From assembly GCA_036785375.1 (NCBI GenBank), contig JAWMAR010000201.1, positions 124,001-188,000 of the forward strand: a stretch of 64,000 nucleotides of DNA, written 5' to 3'. The position numbers and the translations under genes are program-made. The notes below the pieces were generated by a model. That model did no database searches, was not told where the DNA came from, and saw only the letters and a program-made list of their open reading frames with translations. Each line of letters opens with the position of its first letter. Within the stretch, counting starts at the first letter, position 1. Shown here piece by piece: positions 11,901 through 23,200 of this stretch. Source of the DNA: Leucoraja ocellata. Lineage: Eukaryota.

Positions 11901-14560
11901 ACTGTGTGAGTGGTTTCAGCGGGCAGAGATGGAGTATCCGTGGGCTGTGGGAAATTCAGTAGATGGGAACATTCATGGACTGATGATGTCCAGAATTCAA
12001 GCAGTCATTGCATGTAAAGGATATGCAGCAACATACTAAACATGACTACTTTCATTTACATGACATTGCTGTGTCCCAAACATTATGGTGCCCTGAAATG
12101 GGGAACTATGTATAAACACAGCTGTAATTTCTACATGGTGAAACCAAAATGTGTAAAAATTGCCTTTATGAAAATCTTACAATATGCACTTTAACCAGTG
12201 TGATTTTTTTCTATTACAAATCTCAAATTGTGGCGTATTGAGGCAAATAAATAAATAATGGGTCTTTGTCCCAAACATTATGGAGGGCGCTGTAACCAAA
12301 AAGGAAGAAACTAAGAATGAACACAAACAGATAGAAGCAAGAGGCGGCCACTCGGCCCACAAGCCTGCCACCATTCATTATGATCCTGGTGATCTGTCGC
12401 AGGCCTCAACTCCTGTTCTGTGCCAGTTCCCCATAGCTCTCTAACCTCACAAAAACTTACAGACTTCCTCTTTAAAATCCCCAATGATCTGGCCTCCAGA
12501 GCCTTCTCGGGTAAAAACATTCTAGAGATTCATCACTTCTGCAAAATATTCTGTTTTAAATTGCCACTTGTAACTCTCTACCCTATTCAACAATCTTCCA
12601 CTGGTTATTACATCTTATCATCTACCTTGTTGAACTCCAGCAGGATCTTGTAGGATCAGTAAGATCACCCCTCATTCTTCTAAACCCCAAACAATATTGA
12701 TCTAATTTCTTTAGTTATTTGCGATAGGATTGTCCTTTCATCCTGTGAATTGTCAGAGTGAATATCTTTGGGACTGCTCACAATGCTGGTGTATCTTCTT
12801 CAATTAGATGAACAAAACTGCACAGTAGTGCTGGTGTGAACATCTTTCACAACCTCACCAAAACCAGCAGTCCCCCGCGAGTCATGGCGCCAGGCGGTGG
12901 AGAGCTCTAATCGAACTAGCTGCCTGCCCCATTTCCAGGGATAGGTCCGTGCCTGGGTGCAGTTAGAAAGGGAATACGCGCTGTCCACGGGCACTCTGAG
13001 GGAGTTCCGGGACCGCTGGGCTCCGCAGAGTGTTGAATGTATCCTCAATAAGGATTGTAGCATAGTTGTATAGTAGTTTATTAAGGATATATGTTTGTAT
13101 TGTGTTATGGTGGTGGGTTCTAGCTTGTTTTATTGTAGTGTAAATATTAACTTTAAGTAATTGAATACATTTTATGATTTTTTTTTTAAACAGCAGTCCC
13201 TGGGTTACACCAGAGTGTCGTTCCTGAGAACGGTCCAGCAGCCGGTATCTATGCGTCAAAAACTAAACTTTTCTGCAGAAATCTACATTTTGCCCTATAC
13301 ACATGCTAAAATTCTTGCATTTCATCAAATAATCACACCAACATTACCCGTAATTCTGCAAATGGAATGTTTACTGAATGCAGTCATTAATAAATACCAT
13401 GAAATACATTGTTACTATTATCACCAGCTCACCAGCTTGAAAAATGCTCTATAAGATGTATGGGAGAATTTGTGTAAAGTTGGATAAAGTTGACATTTTT
13501 GGATATTGATGGAATCACAAGATGTGGGGTTAGTGCCGGACAATGGCATTGAGGTAGATCACCATTCCCCCCTCCCATCGCCCTTTCTTTATTGCCCCCC
13601 ATCCCACTGGCTGCCACCACCCTTCTTTCTGTGTCCTGCCAGCTGACTTCACCCGCTCTCTTGATTTCCTTTTGATCAGACTTGTCACTTTCTCTCCTCC
13701 CACATTCTCCCTCTCTCCCTACTCCTCACCCTGCTTTTGCTGACTCCTCACCCTCTCTCTCTCTCTCTCTCGCTCTCTCTCTCATAACCTGTGGGTCCTC
13801 CTCACAGTTCACTTTTCCTGTGATACACCCATTTAAAGCTTATTCTGTACAATGGAGACTCTAAGAAAGGGGAGAGATATGGTCCCTCACAGCCCTCTTG
13901 TGCTGACCACCCCTTGAACCACTACAATATCACCTCACCAGGTGCTAACCACCCCCCCACACCGCATCCTCACTTCCTCAACCAGTTAGTATAGAAATGA
14001 CTTATAAGTCTGAAGCAGCAGTGGCGGCGGTATGGGGTGAGAAAGCCGGTTGAGATGCAGTGAGAGCCCTTGGGAGAATGTTGTGGCTAAAAAGGGGGAA
14101 AGGACCTTTGCCTGGACTGTGCTGGGGAAGAGGTTGACCCACAGCACTGATCACAGTGTATATCATTTACCCTCTGTGTCTCGGGGGATGCCGAGACAAT
14201 GGGCAATAGAGGGGAACTGAGAATTCAAGAGCAACAGCAGATCCTCCGTTTGGTTCTCCCTCCCCATCACTACGCCCCTCTGAACCATCCTCAGGAGCAA
14301 CAGCCCCTCAGTCTATTATTCATTCCTCAGTGCTCTTTCCCACTCCCTCTTGCTATCACTCTCTCACTACTCCCTGTCTCATCCTGCTGATTGTCCTCGC
14401 TCCCTGTCTCTGCCGCTCGCCCCTTCTTGCCCATAAGCTCACTTTTCCCACCCTCTCTCACTCCGCGCTTCCTCTGCCTTCCATGTCCCCACCCCAACTC
14501 ACCAGTCCACATGGAGCAGAAGATGATGACTCCCAGTACAGCCTTGGGCAGGGTATCCAT
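882..14560 (-). CDS. Gene A (whole model): single-C2-Ig-domain, SLAM/CD2-related type I receptor with two ITAMs; 6 exons, 279 aa
   Basis: Exons 14560-14503, 10419-10138, 8663-8556, 6137-6096, 3388-3197, 1039-882. All junctions are phase 1 and sum to 840 nt in frame. Domain order is leader, Ig, TM, basic stretch, ITAM tail. Confidence 0.75.
1075..1260 (-). mobile_element. Penelope-associated 3' repeat (ctgaagaagggtctcgacccgaaacgtc type)
   Basis: Same motif as the tail attached to the Penelope element at 40760-40890; further copies near 16890, 23820, 26585, 51300 and 59000. Confidence 0.55.
1450..1900 (-). mobile_element. CR1 LINE 3' fragment
   Basis: Translates to ESRTRGHSL...FSQRVVSLWNSLPQ (CR1 ORF2 C-terminus). 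Confidence 0.85.
2413..3170. repeat. CT-rich low-complexity tract
   Basis: (CT)n-like polypyrimidine sequence. Confidence 0.95.
3197..3388 (-). CDS. Gene A exon 5: cytoplasmic, EEGIYSPV plus ITAM DTNYQALNKEKVTNYSMI
   Basis: cccccacag acceptor, AAG|GTAGGC donor, 192 nt open frame, DxxYxxL-x7-YxxI. Confidence 0.85.
4136..5508. mobile_element. non-autonomous DNA transposon with terminal inverted repeats
   Basis: taggctgtgggccgag (4136-4151) and its exact reverse complement (5493-5508). Subterminal inverted motif tgacccaagt..aactacatgaaattttc. No coding capacity. Confidence 0.75.
6096..6137 (-). CDS. Gene A exon 4: basic juxtamembrane segment QKKAGKKGHTTAK
   Basis: ctctgtctctcctgaactag acceptor, AAG|GTAAGG donor, 42 nt, phase 1-1. 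Confidence 0.7.
6345..8220 (+). mobile_element. degraded CR1 LINE (RT region) with a nested antisense CR1
   Basis: DWRVANV, QHGFTKGKSCLTNLLEFFE, FADDTKLGG motifs. Confidence 0.9.
7565..8101 (-). mobile_element. CR1 LINE 3' end (second family, (TTATATGG)n tail) nested in CR1
   Basis: VQFWSPNYRKDV...VVAVWNELP translation; interrupts the host CR1 at gaaacatataag. Confidence 0.85.
8551..8663 (-). CDS. Gene A exon 3: stalk and transmembrane segment GSSGMCSRVRMAVTITFLCLWFSALGFTACFCCGQT
   Basis: Acceptor tttctttctgttcacag and ~23 hydrophobic residues. The exon ends at the weak donor A|GTTAAG (8556) or reads into TAA (8553-8551). Confidence 0.75.
10138..10419 (-). CDS. Gene A exon 2: C2-type Ig domain (GSAGKIAY...CQLELRC...FHWY...AVYKC...APACNFI)
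   Basis: Polypyrimidine tract and CCCCAG acceptor. Four-Cys pattern CxxxLxC..W..YxC..C typical of CD2/SLAM C2 domains. 282 nt. Donor is TG|GCGAGT (GC type), or alternatively T|GTAACT ending the exon at 10150. Confidence 0.85.
10672..11731 (+). mobile_element. CR1 LINE, 5'-truncated, (TTTCTATG)n tail
   Basis: [17 protein letters not shown] and [11 protein letters not shown] motifs. Confidence 0.95.
11980..12294 (+). mobile_element. Tc1-like transposon right end
   Basis: Transposase C-terminus RIQAVIACKGY..TY*, direct repeats tgtcccaaacattatgg (twice), terminal ctg|ta. Confidence 0.7.
12865..13200 (+). mobile_element. Tx1/L1-clade LINE 3' fragment with 10-bp TSD
   Basis: LEREYALSTGTLREFRDRWAP C-terminal motif; TSD cagcagtccc at 12865-12874 and 13191-13200. 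Confidence 0.7.
14503..14560 (-). CDS. Gene A exon 1: signal peptide MDTLPKAVLGVIIFCSMWT
   Basis: ATG, hydrophobic core and a canonical phase-1 donor G|GTGAGT. Confidence 0.8.
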
Positions 14561-14779
14561 TGTTTGACAGCTGCTGCAAAGGGGTCTGAGTGGCAGAGGT
14601 GGCAAATATTCCGTGTGATCCCTGTGAGACAAGGTCACAAACTGGCTGCAGATAGAGAGGGAGAGGCTCAGAATGGTCAAGTGACCACAAGACTCAGCAC
14701 TTCCTGACGCATGTGAGAGCAGAATCAAAATAAAAGCCACAGGGACCAGCCCAGATCAGCCCTGAGATCTGGCTGTAGA

Positions 14780-15815
14780 GAGGGAGGGGGTGTAGACAGA
14801 GAGAGAGACTATGAGAAGAGGGGACAAAGAGAGGGAGAGAAAGGGCAGAGAGGTGGGGAGAGAACGAGGAAGTGAGCATAGAGAAGGAGATGGGGCAGGG
14901 AGGAAATGGGTCACAGAGGGTGGGAGAGTAAAGGAGAACGGGAAGGGAGAGAAAAGGAAAGGGGTCAGAGAAAGAAAGGAACGGGGCAGATAAAGAGGGT
15001 GGAGGAGTGATATTGCAGTGGGGGGGAAAGAGAGGGTGAGGGAGAGATAGGTAAATGTGGGGCACAGAGAAGGAGAAGGGAGAGGAAGAGAAAATGTGTA
15101 GGGCCATAGGGGAGGGGCAGAGAGCAAGGGGGAGTGAGAGATGTGCCAAAGAAAAAGAGTCAGAGAATGCGGAGAGAGGGGGGAAAGGCGGGAGTAAGAG
15201 CGGGGAGAGAGACAGGAAAGAAGGAGATGGTCAGAGATAGAGGGAGAGAGTAAGGGGAAAGGGGGGAGACAGAGCCACACTGGGATTGATGGAAAGAGGG
15301 ACATAGAGGGGGTTGGGAGAGAAAGAAGGGAAGCCAACAAAGAGGCAAATAGATAAAAAAGCAGTGGGGGAGAGAAAGATTGGAAAACAGGCAGATAGAG
15401 TGAGAGAAAGACAGACTTAGGGGGGAGGGTGAGAAAGAAGGGAAAGTAAAGACAAAAGGTCAGAGCGAGAGTGATGGGAGGGAGAAAGGTGCATGGAGCA
15501 GCAGTAAGGGAATGAGGGAAAGTAGAGGGGAGCAGAGAGAGGGGGCAAGAAAGGAAAAGGGGCAAATTGATTGAGGAAAGTGGGACAGAGAGAGAGAGAA
15601 AGTAATGAGTAAAACGGGACAAGAGAGGGTGAAGGTGTGTTAAGATGAAGTGGGCTAGAGGATGAGGAGGAGACAGTGAGTGTGGTGATGGAAAGAGGAA
15701 GACAGGAAACAAAAGCAAACAGACAAAGAAAGAGGGGAATAGAAACTTGCAGATAACGAGAGACAGGGAAAGCAAAAGAAGAATGTTGATAAGAAGAGTG
15801 GATGAGAAAGTGGGA
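14780..15815. repeat. GA-rich low-complexity tract upstream of gene A
   Basis: Polypurine sequence. Confidence 0.9.
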
Positions 15816-16209
15816 TAACATAGAACTAACACGAACTATTGATCGATGGTCGGCATGTACTAAATGGGCCGAAGGGCCTGTTTCCATATTGTATCTCTAA
15901 ATTAAACTAAACAAAATGTTGTGCTTTCATCAAGAAGGGCTACAGAGGAAAACCCAGGAGTGCTCAGGTATTATCCTAGATCCCAGAGAGGTACGGGTTT
16001 GTAGGTTATCTGGAACCTGAGGGGCAACTGCCAGAGGAAATGGTTGAGGCAGGCATAATAACATTTTGAAAAACATGGATAGAAAAGATTAGGAGGAATA
16101 TGGGATATGGATCAAATGCTGGAAAATGGGACTAGCTTAGATGAGCACTTGGCCAGCATGGAAGAGTTGGGCCAAAAGGCTTGTTTGCATGGTCTACGAC
16201 TATCTATCT

Positions 16210-16640
16210 CTGACACTATGAGTGGGAGCCGGCATATACTATCTATCGCTACCAATCTAACCTGCATCGCTGCCTCAAAAAGGCTGGCAGCATCATTAAG
16301 GACCTACATCATCCTGGCCACACACTCATCGCCCCGCTACCTTCAGGTAGAAGGTACAGGAGCCTGAAGATTGCAACGACCAGGTTCAGGAATAGCTACT
16401 TCCCCACAGCCATCAGTTATTAAACTTGGCTCGGACAAAACTCTGAACATTAATAACCCATTATCTGTTATTTGCACTTTATTCGTTTATTTATTCATGT
16501 GTGTATATATTTATACAATGGTATATGGACACACTGATCTGTTCTGTAGTCATGCCTACTATATTCTGTTGTGCTGAAGCAAAGCAAGAATTTCATTGTG
16601 TTATCAGGGACACATGACAATAAACTCTCTTGAATCTCTT
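16210..16640 (+). mobile_element. Rex-Babar LINE 3' fragment
   Basis: LPSGRRYRSL-type C-terminus and caataaactctcttgaatctcttg tail. Confidence 0.7.
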
Positions 16641-17659
16641 GTATCTTAAATCCCAGGAATTGAGGAAATCAGTTGTGAGAGAGGGGATGTCATTCACCAA
16701 GGTTTTGTGGGTGCTGGAAATGTTTATGTGAATTGGAGAAAAGAAGGTGTTCATTGATTTGAGAAAGGAGGAAGAGAACATCCAGTAAACAACTGGCCAG
16801 TTAACTTCACATCAGTAGGAAGGAGATTGCTGAATTCTATTATTAACAATGTTGTCACAGCACCCTTGGAAAATAAAAAAAAGAATTAAGAGGCAGAAAC
16901 AAAGAACTGCAGACAATGACACAAAGTGCTGAAGTAACTCAACTAGTCAGGCAGCATTTGTGGAGAACATGGATAGGCGACGTTTCGGGTGGATACCCTT
17001 TTACAGATTCTTGACATTTCAAGTCGGCATGGTGGCGCAGTGGTATTCTCTGCCTACAGCCCCAGAGATCCGAGTTAGAGATACAGTGAATTCAGCGCTG
17101 TATCTCTAAATTAAACTCAACTAAAAGTTGAAACCCATCTTCAAACTCAATTATTAATTAGTGTTGACATTGATTTATTTATAAAGATACAGAACGAGGC
17201 CTTTCATCCCACTATGTAATTTCATATCTCCCCCTGGCCTTGTGACAATGTCATGAGCTCCAACACCCACCACCGATCCCTACTCGCCTACACACCTGGG
17301 GCAATTTACAGCGGGCAATTTATTCTCCTCTCTGCACACCTTTGGAATGTAGGATGAAAATGGAGCACTCCAGGGAAACCCATGCGGTCACGAGGAGACC
17401 ATGGAAACTTCACACAGACAGCTTCTGAGGTTGGGATTGAACCTGGGTTTCTGGAGACGTGAGGCCAGTAGCTTTCCTCGCCACTCTACTGGGTCCAGAG
17501 AGGTTTCTCAGAGCCGTTTGATAAGGAGAATGCTGCGTGGTTGTAGGTTGGTTAACAGGCAGTAGGAATAAAAGAGTCATTTTTGAGTTACATTTGGAGA
17601 GATGCCACCGGGATTGGTGCTGTGGCCGAATTATTCACTGTTGACATCAACAATCTGCA

Positions 17660-17933
17660 AGGGTGGCACAGTGGCAAAGTTGCTGCCTTACAGTGCCAGA
17701 GACCCAGGTTTGATCCTCACTACGAGTGCTTGTCTGTAAGGAGTTTATATATAACCTGCACACTCCCGTAATCCAGTTTCCTCCCACACTCCAGGTTTAT
17801 AGGCTAATTGGCTTGGTATAGCTGTCAAGTGTCACCAATGTGCAGGATAGTGTTAGTGTGCGGGAATTGCAAGTCGGCGCAAGCTCGGTGAGCCGAAGGA
17901 CCCGTTTCCATGCTGTATCTCTAAACTAAACTA
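17660..17933 (+). mobile_element. HE1-like tRNA-derived SINE
   Basis: A-box-like head ggtggcacagtgg, core gtttcctcccacactcc, CR1-like 3' end with (taaac)n. Other copies at 17030-17125 and 23445-23657. Confidence 0.7.
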
Positions 17934-18899
17934 AGGAGATCGTGTAACATATCCAGGTTATTGAGGTTAATGGCGGTTAAGGCTGTGGGGAGGGTATAGA
18001 GGGGCCTCAAGGGGTGAAAGACAAGGCAAATGGAATATAAGGTGAGAAAAAATGTGAGGAATGCTGCAATATGGGAGAGGCAACACTGGCACCCATAGAA
18101 GATATTAAAGGGAGCATCATACTGGAGTAGTACTGAGGGGTTGCTGCTGTGGAGGAGTGTGGAGCTGAGGAAGTGCTCACTGTGGGAGGAGTCGCACTGA
18201 GAGGGTGCAACACTGTAGGAAGGGCAGCACTGAGGGAGTACTGCACTATCTAAAGGGCAGTACTGAGTGTGCACCACTGTGCAAAGAATGTGCTGAGGGA
18301 CTCCCACACCGTGGGATGGGGAAAGAGAACTACCAGGATTACCCCAGGAAAACAGGAGATTTCAACATGCTGACTCTACTCGCCTTTCTCATAATGATTT
18401 AACACACTAAGCCGGAACTCTTACTCTGAGTATACACTTGCAGAAATTCTGTGTCATTGGTTTCCAGAAAACGAACCCTTGCAATAAATGAAACAATAAT
18501 TTACCCAAAGGCACAGTAATATCTGGACAAATCAACAACACAGCATTCCAACTCCACACCCTATTTTGTAAACCCCTCCAGTCCATAACCCCTCCAATCC
18601 GTACACTTGCTACAGCACAATGGTTCAAAAGGCAGTTTTGCTGGTACTCTGCACTCTGGGTAAAGCAGTTCTAATGAGACTCAGAACTGTGTGAGGGGCA
18701 CTTCCAATGGCACTCGAGACTGTGGGAATGGCAGTTCACATCAATTCAGAAACTCAATTCTGTTGGAGGGCAGCTGATGGGACACTACACTATATGAGGG
18801 GCAGTTCTGATGCGAATGCACCGTGTGAAGGGCAGTTTTGAGTCAATGCTGTATTTTCTGAGGTCCTCATCCTCAACAGACTTCTGTCCTCAGACGGGT

Positions 18900-19720
18900 G
18901 CGAAGGAGTCTGTGCCAGCTCCCACTCATGGTTTCAGACCAATAGCCTTTCTCTCAATGTCAGCAAGACAAAGAAGCTAATTATTGACTTCAGGAAGTGT
19001 GGTGGTGTATTTGCCGCAATCAGCTTCATTGGTGCCAAAGTGGAAATGGCTGAGTGTTTCAAGTTCTTTCGCATTAATATCACTAACATTCTGTCGTAGT
19101 CCAATCATATCGATGTCACATCCAAGAAGGTACGCCAATGCATTGACTTCTTTAGGAGGCTCAGGAAATTAGGCATGTTTTCAATGTCTCTTACCAACTT
19201 CTTGAGATGCACCAAATAAAATATACAGCATACATCACAGCTTGGTTTGGGAACAACTCTGCCCGACAACAAGAATTTGCAGAGAGTTACAGATGCAGCC
19301 TAGTCTATCACACAGACCAGACTTCCCATCATTGATCCATCTACAATTCATGCTGCCTTGGAAAAGCAGCCAACATAATCAAAGGCTTGCCCGTGCCGGT
19401 CATTCCTTCTTCTCCCTGCTCCCATCTGGTAGAAGATACAGAAGCTTGAAAGCACACCCCACCATACTAGGAACAACTCCGTCTCTTCTGTTATCCGGCT
19501 TCTGAACCATCCTTCCATAAGTCAGATTCACCTTTACCCATTTGCAGACATTGGTCTTTGTCTATGGAACGGATGCATTACAATATTGAGAGCTACTTTC
19601 TGCATTCTGTATCTCCCCCATTGCTCTACTGTATTATAGTTTGACTTGATTGCATTTATGTGGAGAAGTATCTGATTTGACTGGATCGCATGCAAAGCAA
19701 AGCTTTTCACTGTACTGTAG
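18900..19720 (+). mobile_element. degraded Rex-Babar LINE
   Basis: LNVSKTKKLIIDFRK and FSLLPSGRRYRSL motifs. Confidence 0.7.
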
Positions 19721-20144
19721 ATTAACCCTTATTAATTCATGCCATTTATAACCTTCATCACACATCTGTGCATGCCACCCTTTACAAGGTATTATGGTAC
19801 TACACAAAGACTTTCTCTCTCTCGCTCAGGCACGCTAGTCAGTAAAGCCAGGCGCGAGCAGCTGGCTGTTTGAATGTTCCTGTGTACTTAATGGAATAGT
19901 TGGATTTCACCATGCATGTGTTTTTCATATGGGCCGCCGACAAACATGTACCTTGCAGCACTTGACTATAACAAAGCTGTGGAGCTCTGCTCAGTCTCCT
20001 GGAGTAACATGAACTGGAGGGAAGCACCAGGCAGCGCCAAAAGGTGGCGACTGTGCATTTGTGGTTGTGCAAAAGAATCTCACTGTGCTGTGCGTACGTG
20101 ACAATAAAGACCATTGTGGGGACAGTACTAAGCTGCGGTCTCAC

Positions 20145-21556
20145 CGATAAAATTGAATAGTATAATATATAAGAAGAACCCAATTATTCACAATATAATA
20201 AGAATTTGGAAACAAATAAAAGCATCCTTGAAATTAAATAATTTATCAGTACTAACCCCACTATTGAACAACCCCGCATTCAAACCTTCTCTCATCGACA
20301 ACACATATCAACAATGGGATAGACTGGGGATTAGGAAAGTAGGGGACATGTATGAAGTGGGCAAACTGTTATCATTTCAACAATTAAAATTAAAATTTAA
20401 ATTGAAGGATAATCAATATTTTAAATATATACAGGTATGTGACTTTATGAAGAAACATACACATAGATTTCAAACTATATTTTTAGATCCTTTAGAAGAA
20501 GCAATGAATATCAAGGCTGATTCACAAAAATTAATATCATACTTTTATAATAATATATTAAATAGAGTATCACCCTCAACAGAAGCATTAAGGGAAGATT
20601 GGGAACAAGAGCTAATGACAAAGATCTCGAAGGATAGATGGGAAAAATATTTGATGAATACACATAACTGTTCTATCAATGCAAGACATAATTTAATTCA
20701 ATTCAAATTATTACATAGACTATATTATTCAAAAACGAGGTTGAATAAATTTTATCCAAATGTCTTTCCCAGATGCGATAAATGTTTGTTTCAAAACGCT
20801 AATATAACACACTCATTTGTTGGATGTACAAAGTTGAATAAATTTTGGAGTGATATATTTGATATATTTACAAAGATTTTCAAGTCAAGAATAGAACCCA
20901 AAACGGAATGGATTATATTTGGAATAATAGGAGAAGATACCAATTTAAATAAAGATCAAAATGTTTTTTTTAATTATGGGTTAATAATTGGAAAGAAATT
21001 GATACTTAAATTTTGGAAAAATACAGCCACATCAACTGTTAAAATGTGGATTAGGAATATGATGGACATAGCACGCCTTGAAGAAATGAGACTCCGACTA
21101 ATAGATAAATATGACCAATTCTTAAAGAGTTGGTCTCCTTTCATCGACTTTTTGGAATCATGTGATGCAGCGGTGCCGTAAGGATTGCCGATTTCAGTTC
21201 ATGACGCGGATAGAGCTACATCTCCGAATACAGATTTGAAAAATTCTCTTTTAAGGGGCCTTCTCTTCTATTTCTACTTTCCTCTTTCTCTCTTCCTTTT
21301 TTTATTTTTTATATACACACTTCACGTTTTTCTACTCTCTACCATCTATTTTTCCACTTTTTCCCCTTTCTATTGCTTTCTTTTTCTTGTTCTGCTTACT
21401 TCTTTCTTATAACATAAAACTAGAGGTTGTACATAGAATGGATTACGGTATTACATAGTTGGCACCTAAAATTAGGTGCCACTGTACTGTTTTGTGCTGT
21501 ATTAACTTCTAATAAAATAAACAAAAAAAAAACAAAAAAAAAAAAAAAAAAAAAAA
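20145..21556 (+). mobile_element. L1-clade LINE 3' fragment: intact ORF2 C-terminus (20153-21181), 3' UTR, polyA
   Basis: LIQFKLLHRLY..CDKC..H...C..L..FW cysteine-rich L1 C-terminus; AATAAA then A-tail; flanked by a ~102-bp direct repeat. Confidence 0.9.
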
Positions 21557-22689
21557 GGTGGCGACTGTGCATTTGTGGTTGTGCAAAAGAATCTCACTGT
21601 GCTGTGCGTACGTGACAATAAAGAACCATTGTGGGGACAGTACTAAGCTGCGGTCTCACAAGCTTTGTATATGCCCTGCCAGCAAACCCGCCCTGCATTT
21701 TTACTCTGTGCTAAAGGTAGCATTGAATTGTCTCCAGAAACTCTGTGACAGAGGTTCCCAGAAAATGAACCCTTGCAATCCATTCAACTATAATTTACTC
21801 AAAGTCACAGGAACTTCTCGATGGTGATCAACAACACAGCACTCCAACTCCAACCCCTTTTCCCCTAAACTCTTCCAGTTCATAACCAACTCCAATCTTT
21901 TTAACCTTCCCACCCCTGGAGTTGCTCCGTCTGACTGCCTTTAATCCGTGGGAGCCATCACTTGTTGCAGCTTGCGACCTTTTCAGGACAGACGATGACA
22001 GCGATGTCAACATTTGAAACATGGAAGATGGACATGAAAGAATAAGAAGACTGTCCCATTTGCGTCTGCCCCTCCACACAACTCAATCCCCTGCTGTGAG
22101 ATGTTTATCCCCGTCACGCTGCAGCTTGTTACCAATCTCACATTGTTACATAGTGATAACTGGCAAGCTGATGCCTTGCAAGCACCACCAAGCTCCGTGC
22201 ACCACTCAGCTACTGAAGACACACATAACACAGATGTGAGACATGTTCATCAGAGCTCAAGAGCTTAACAAGGGACAACCAAAGATTAGCAGACATCAGG
22301 AAAGGCAGTTCTAAAAAAACATTCCCCAGCTCGCCTGCAGAGTCATCTCACATGACAAACCCCAGTTTCTGAAAATGTTTTATTTCAGCAGATCAAAATG
22401 ATAAAACCACAACTTTACCACTATGCAATGACACTTTACCACACCCAAAGTATGTACTCATTGAATCTCCTCGCACAGCCTGAGATGCAGTAATTCCGAG
22501 CATGAATAATCACAAAATCCTACACTTCCCCAATCATAAACAGCACATATATTGAATCCCCTCTCACAGCCCAAAGACACTATCCCCCATCAGCGAAATT
22601 CCAGACCCATTGTACCTCCTTTCGCAGCCCATGGACACCCCCACTTCCACTGATTCTCCCCACAGCCACCAGACACCCTACTCTATCAT

Positions 22690-23200
22690 AGGACATTCTT
22701 GCCATAGAGTGAGTGCAGAGAAGGTTGACCAGACTGATTCCTGGGATGTCAGGACTTTCATATGAAGAAAGACTGGATAGACTCGGCTTGTACTCGCTAG
22801 AATTCAGATGATTGAGGGGGGATCTTATAGAAACGTACAAAATTCTTAAGGGGTTGGACAGGCTAGATGCAGGAAGATTGTTCCCGATGTTGGGGAAGTC
22901 CAGAACAAGGGGTCACAGTTTAAGGATAAGGGGGAAATCTTTTAGGACTGAGATGAGAAAAACATTTTTTACACAGAGAGTGGTGAATCTCTGGAATTCT
23001 CTGCCACAGAAGGTAGTTGAGTCCAGTTCATTGGCTATATTTAAGAGGGAGTTAGATGTGGCCCTTGTGGCTAAAGGGATCAGGGGGTATGGAGAAAAGG
23101 CAGGTACAGAATACTGAGTTGGATGATCAGCCATGATCATATTGAATGGCGGTGCAGGCTCGAAGGGCTTAATGGCCTACTCCTGCATCTATGTTTCTAT
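22690..23200 (+). mobile_element. CR1 LINE 3' fragment
   Basis: RGDLIETYKILKGLDRLDAGRLFP. Confidence 0.95.

Noticed and set aside
14171-14267. Alternative gene A first exon MGRENQTEDLLLLL... with G|GTAAAT donor
   Set aside because: Poor signal peptide; 14503-14560 has a better hydrophobic core and donor. A minor alternative exon cannot be excluded
882-14560. Calling gene A CD79A/B, CD3 or CD247
   Set aside because: No CxxC stalk, no acidic TM residue, a SLAM-like C2 domain and two ITAMs; does not fit these by inspection, so no symbol given
18367-18402. MLTLLAFLIMI as gene B leader
   Set aside because: Ends in a stop with no donor site
20153-21181. 342-aa ORF as a host or domesticated gene
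   Set aside because: It is the L1 ORF2 C-terminus, with polyA, flanking duplication and a second copy at 58213
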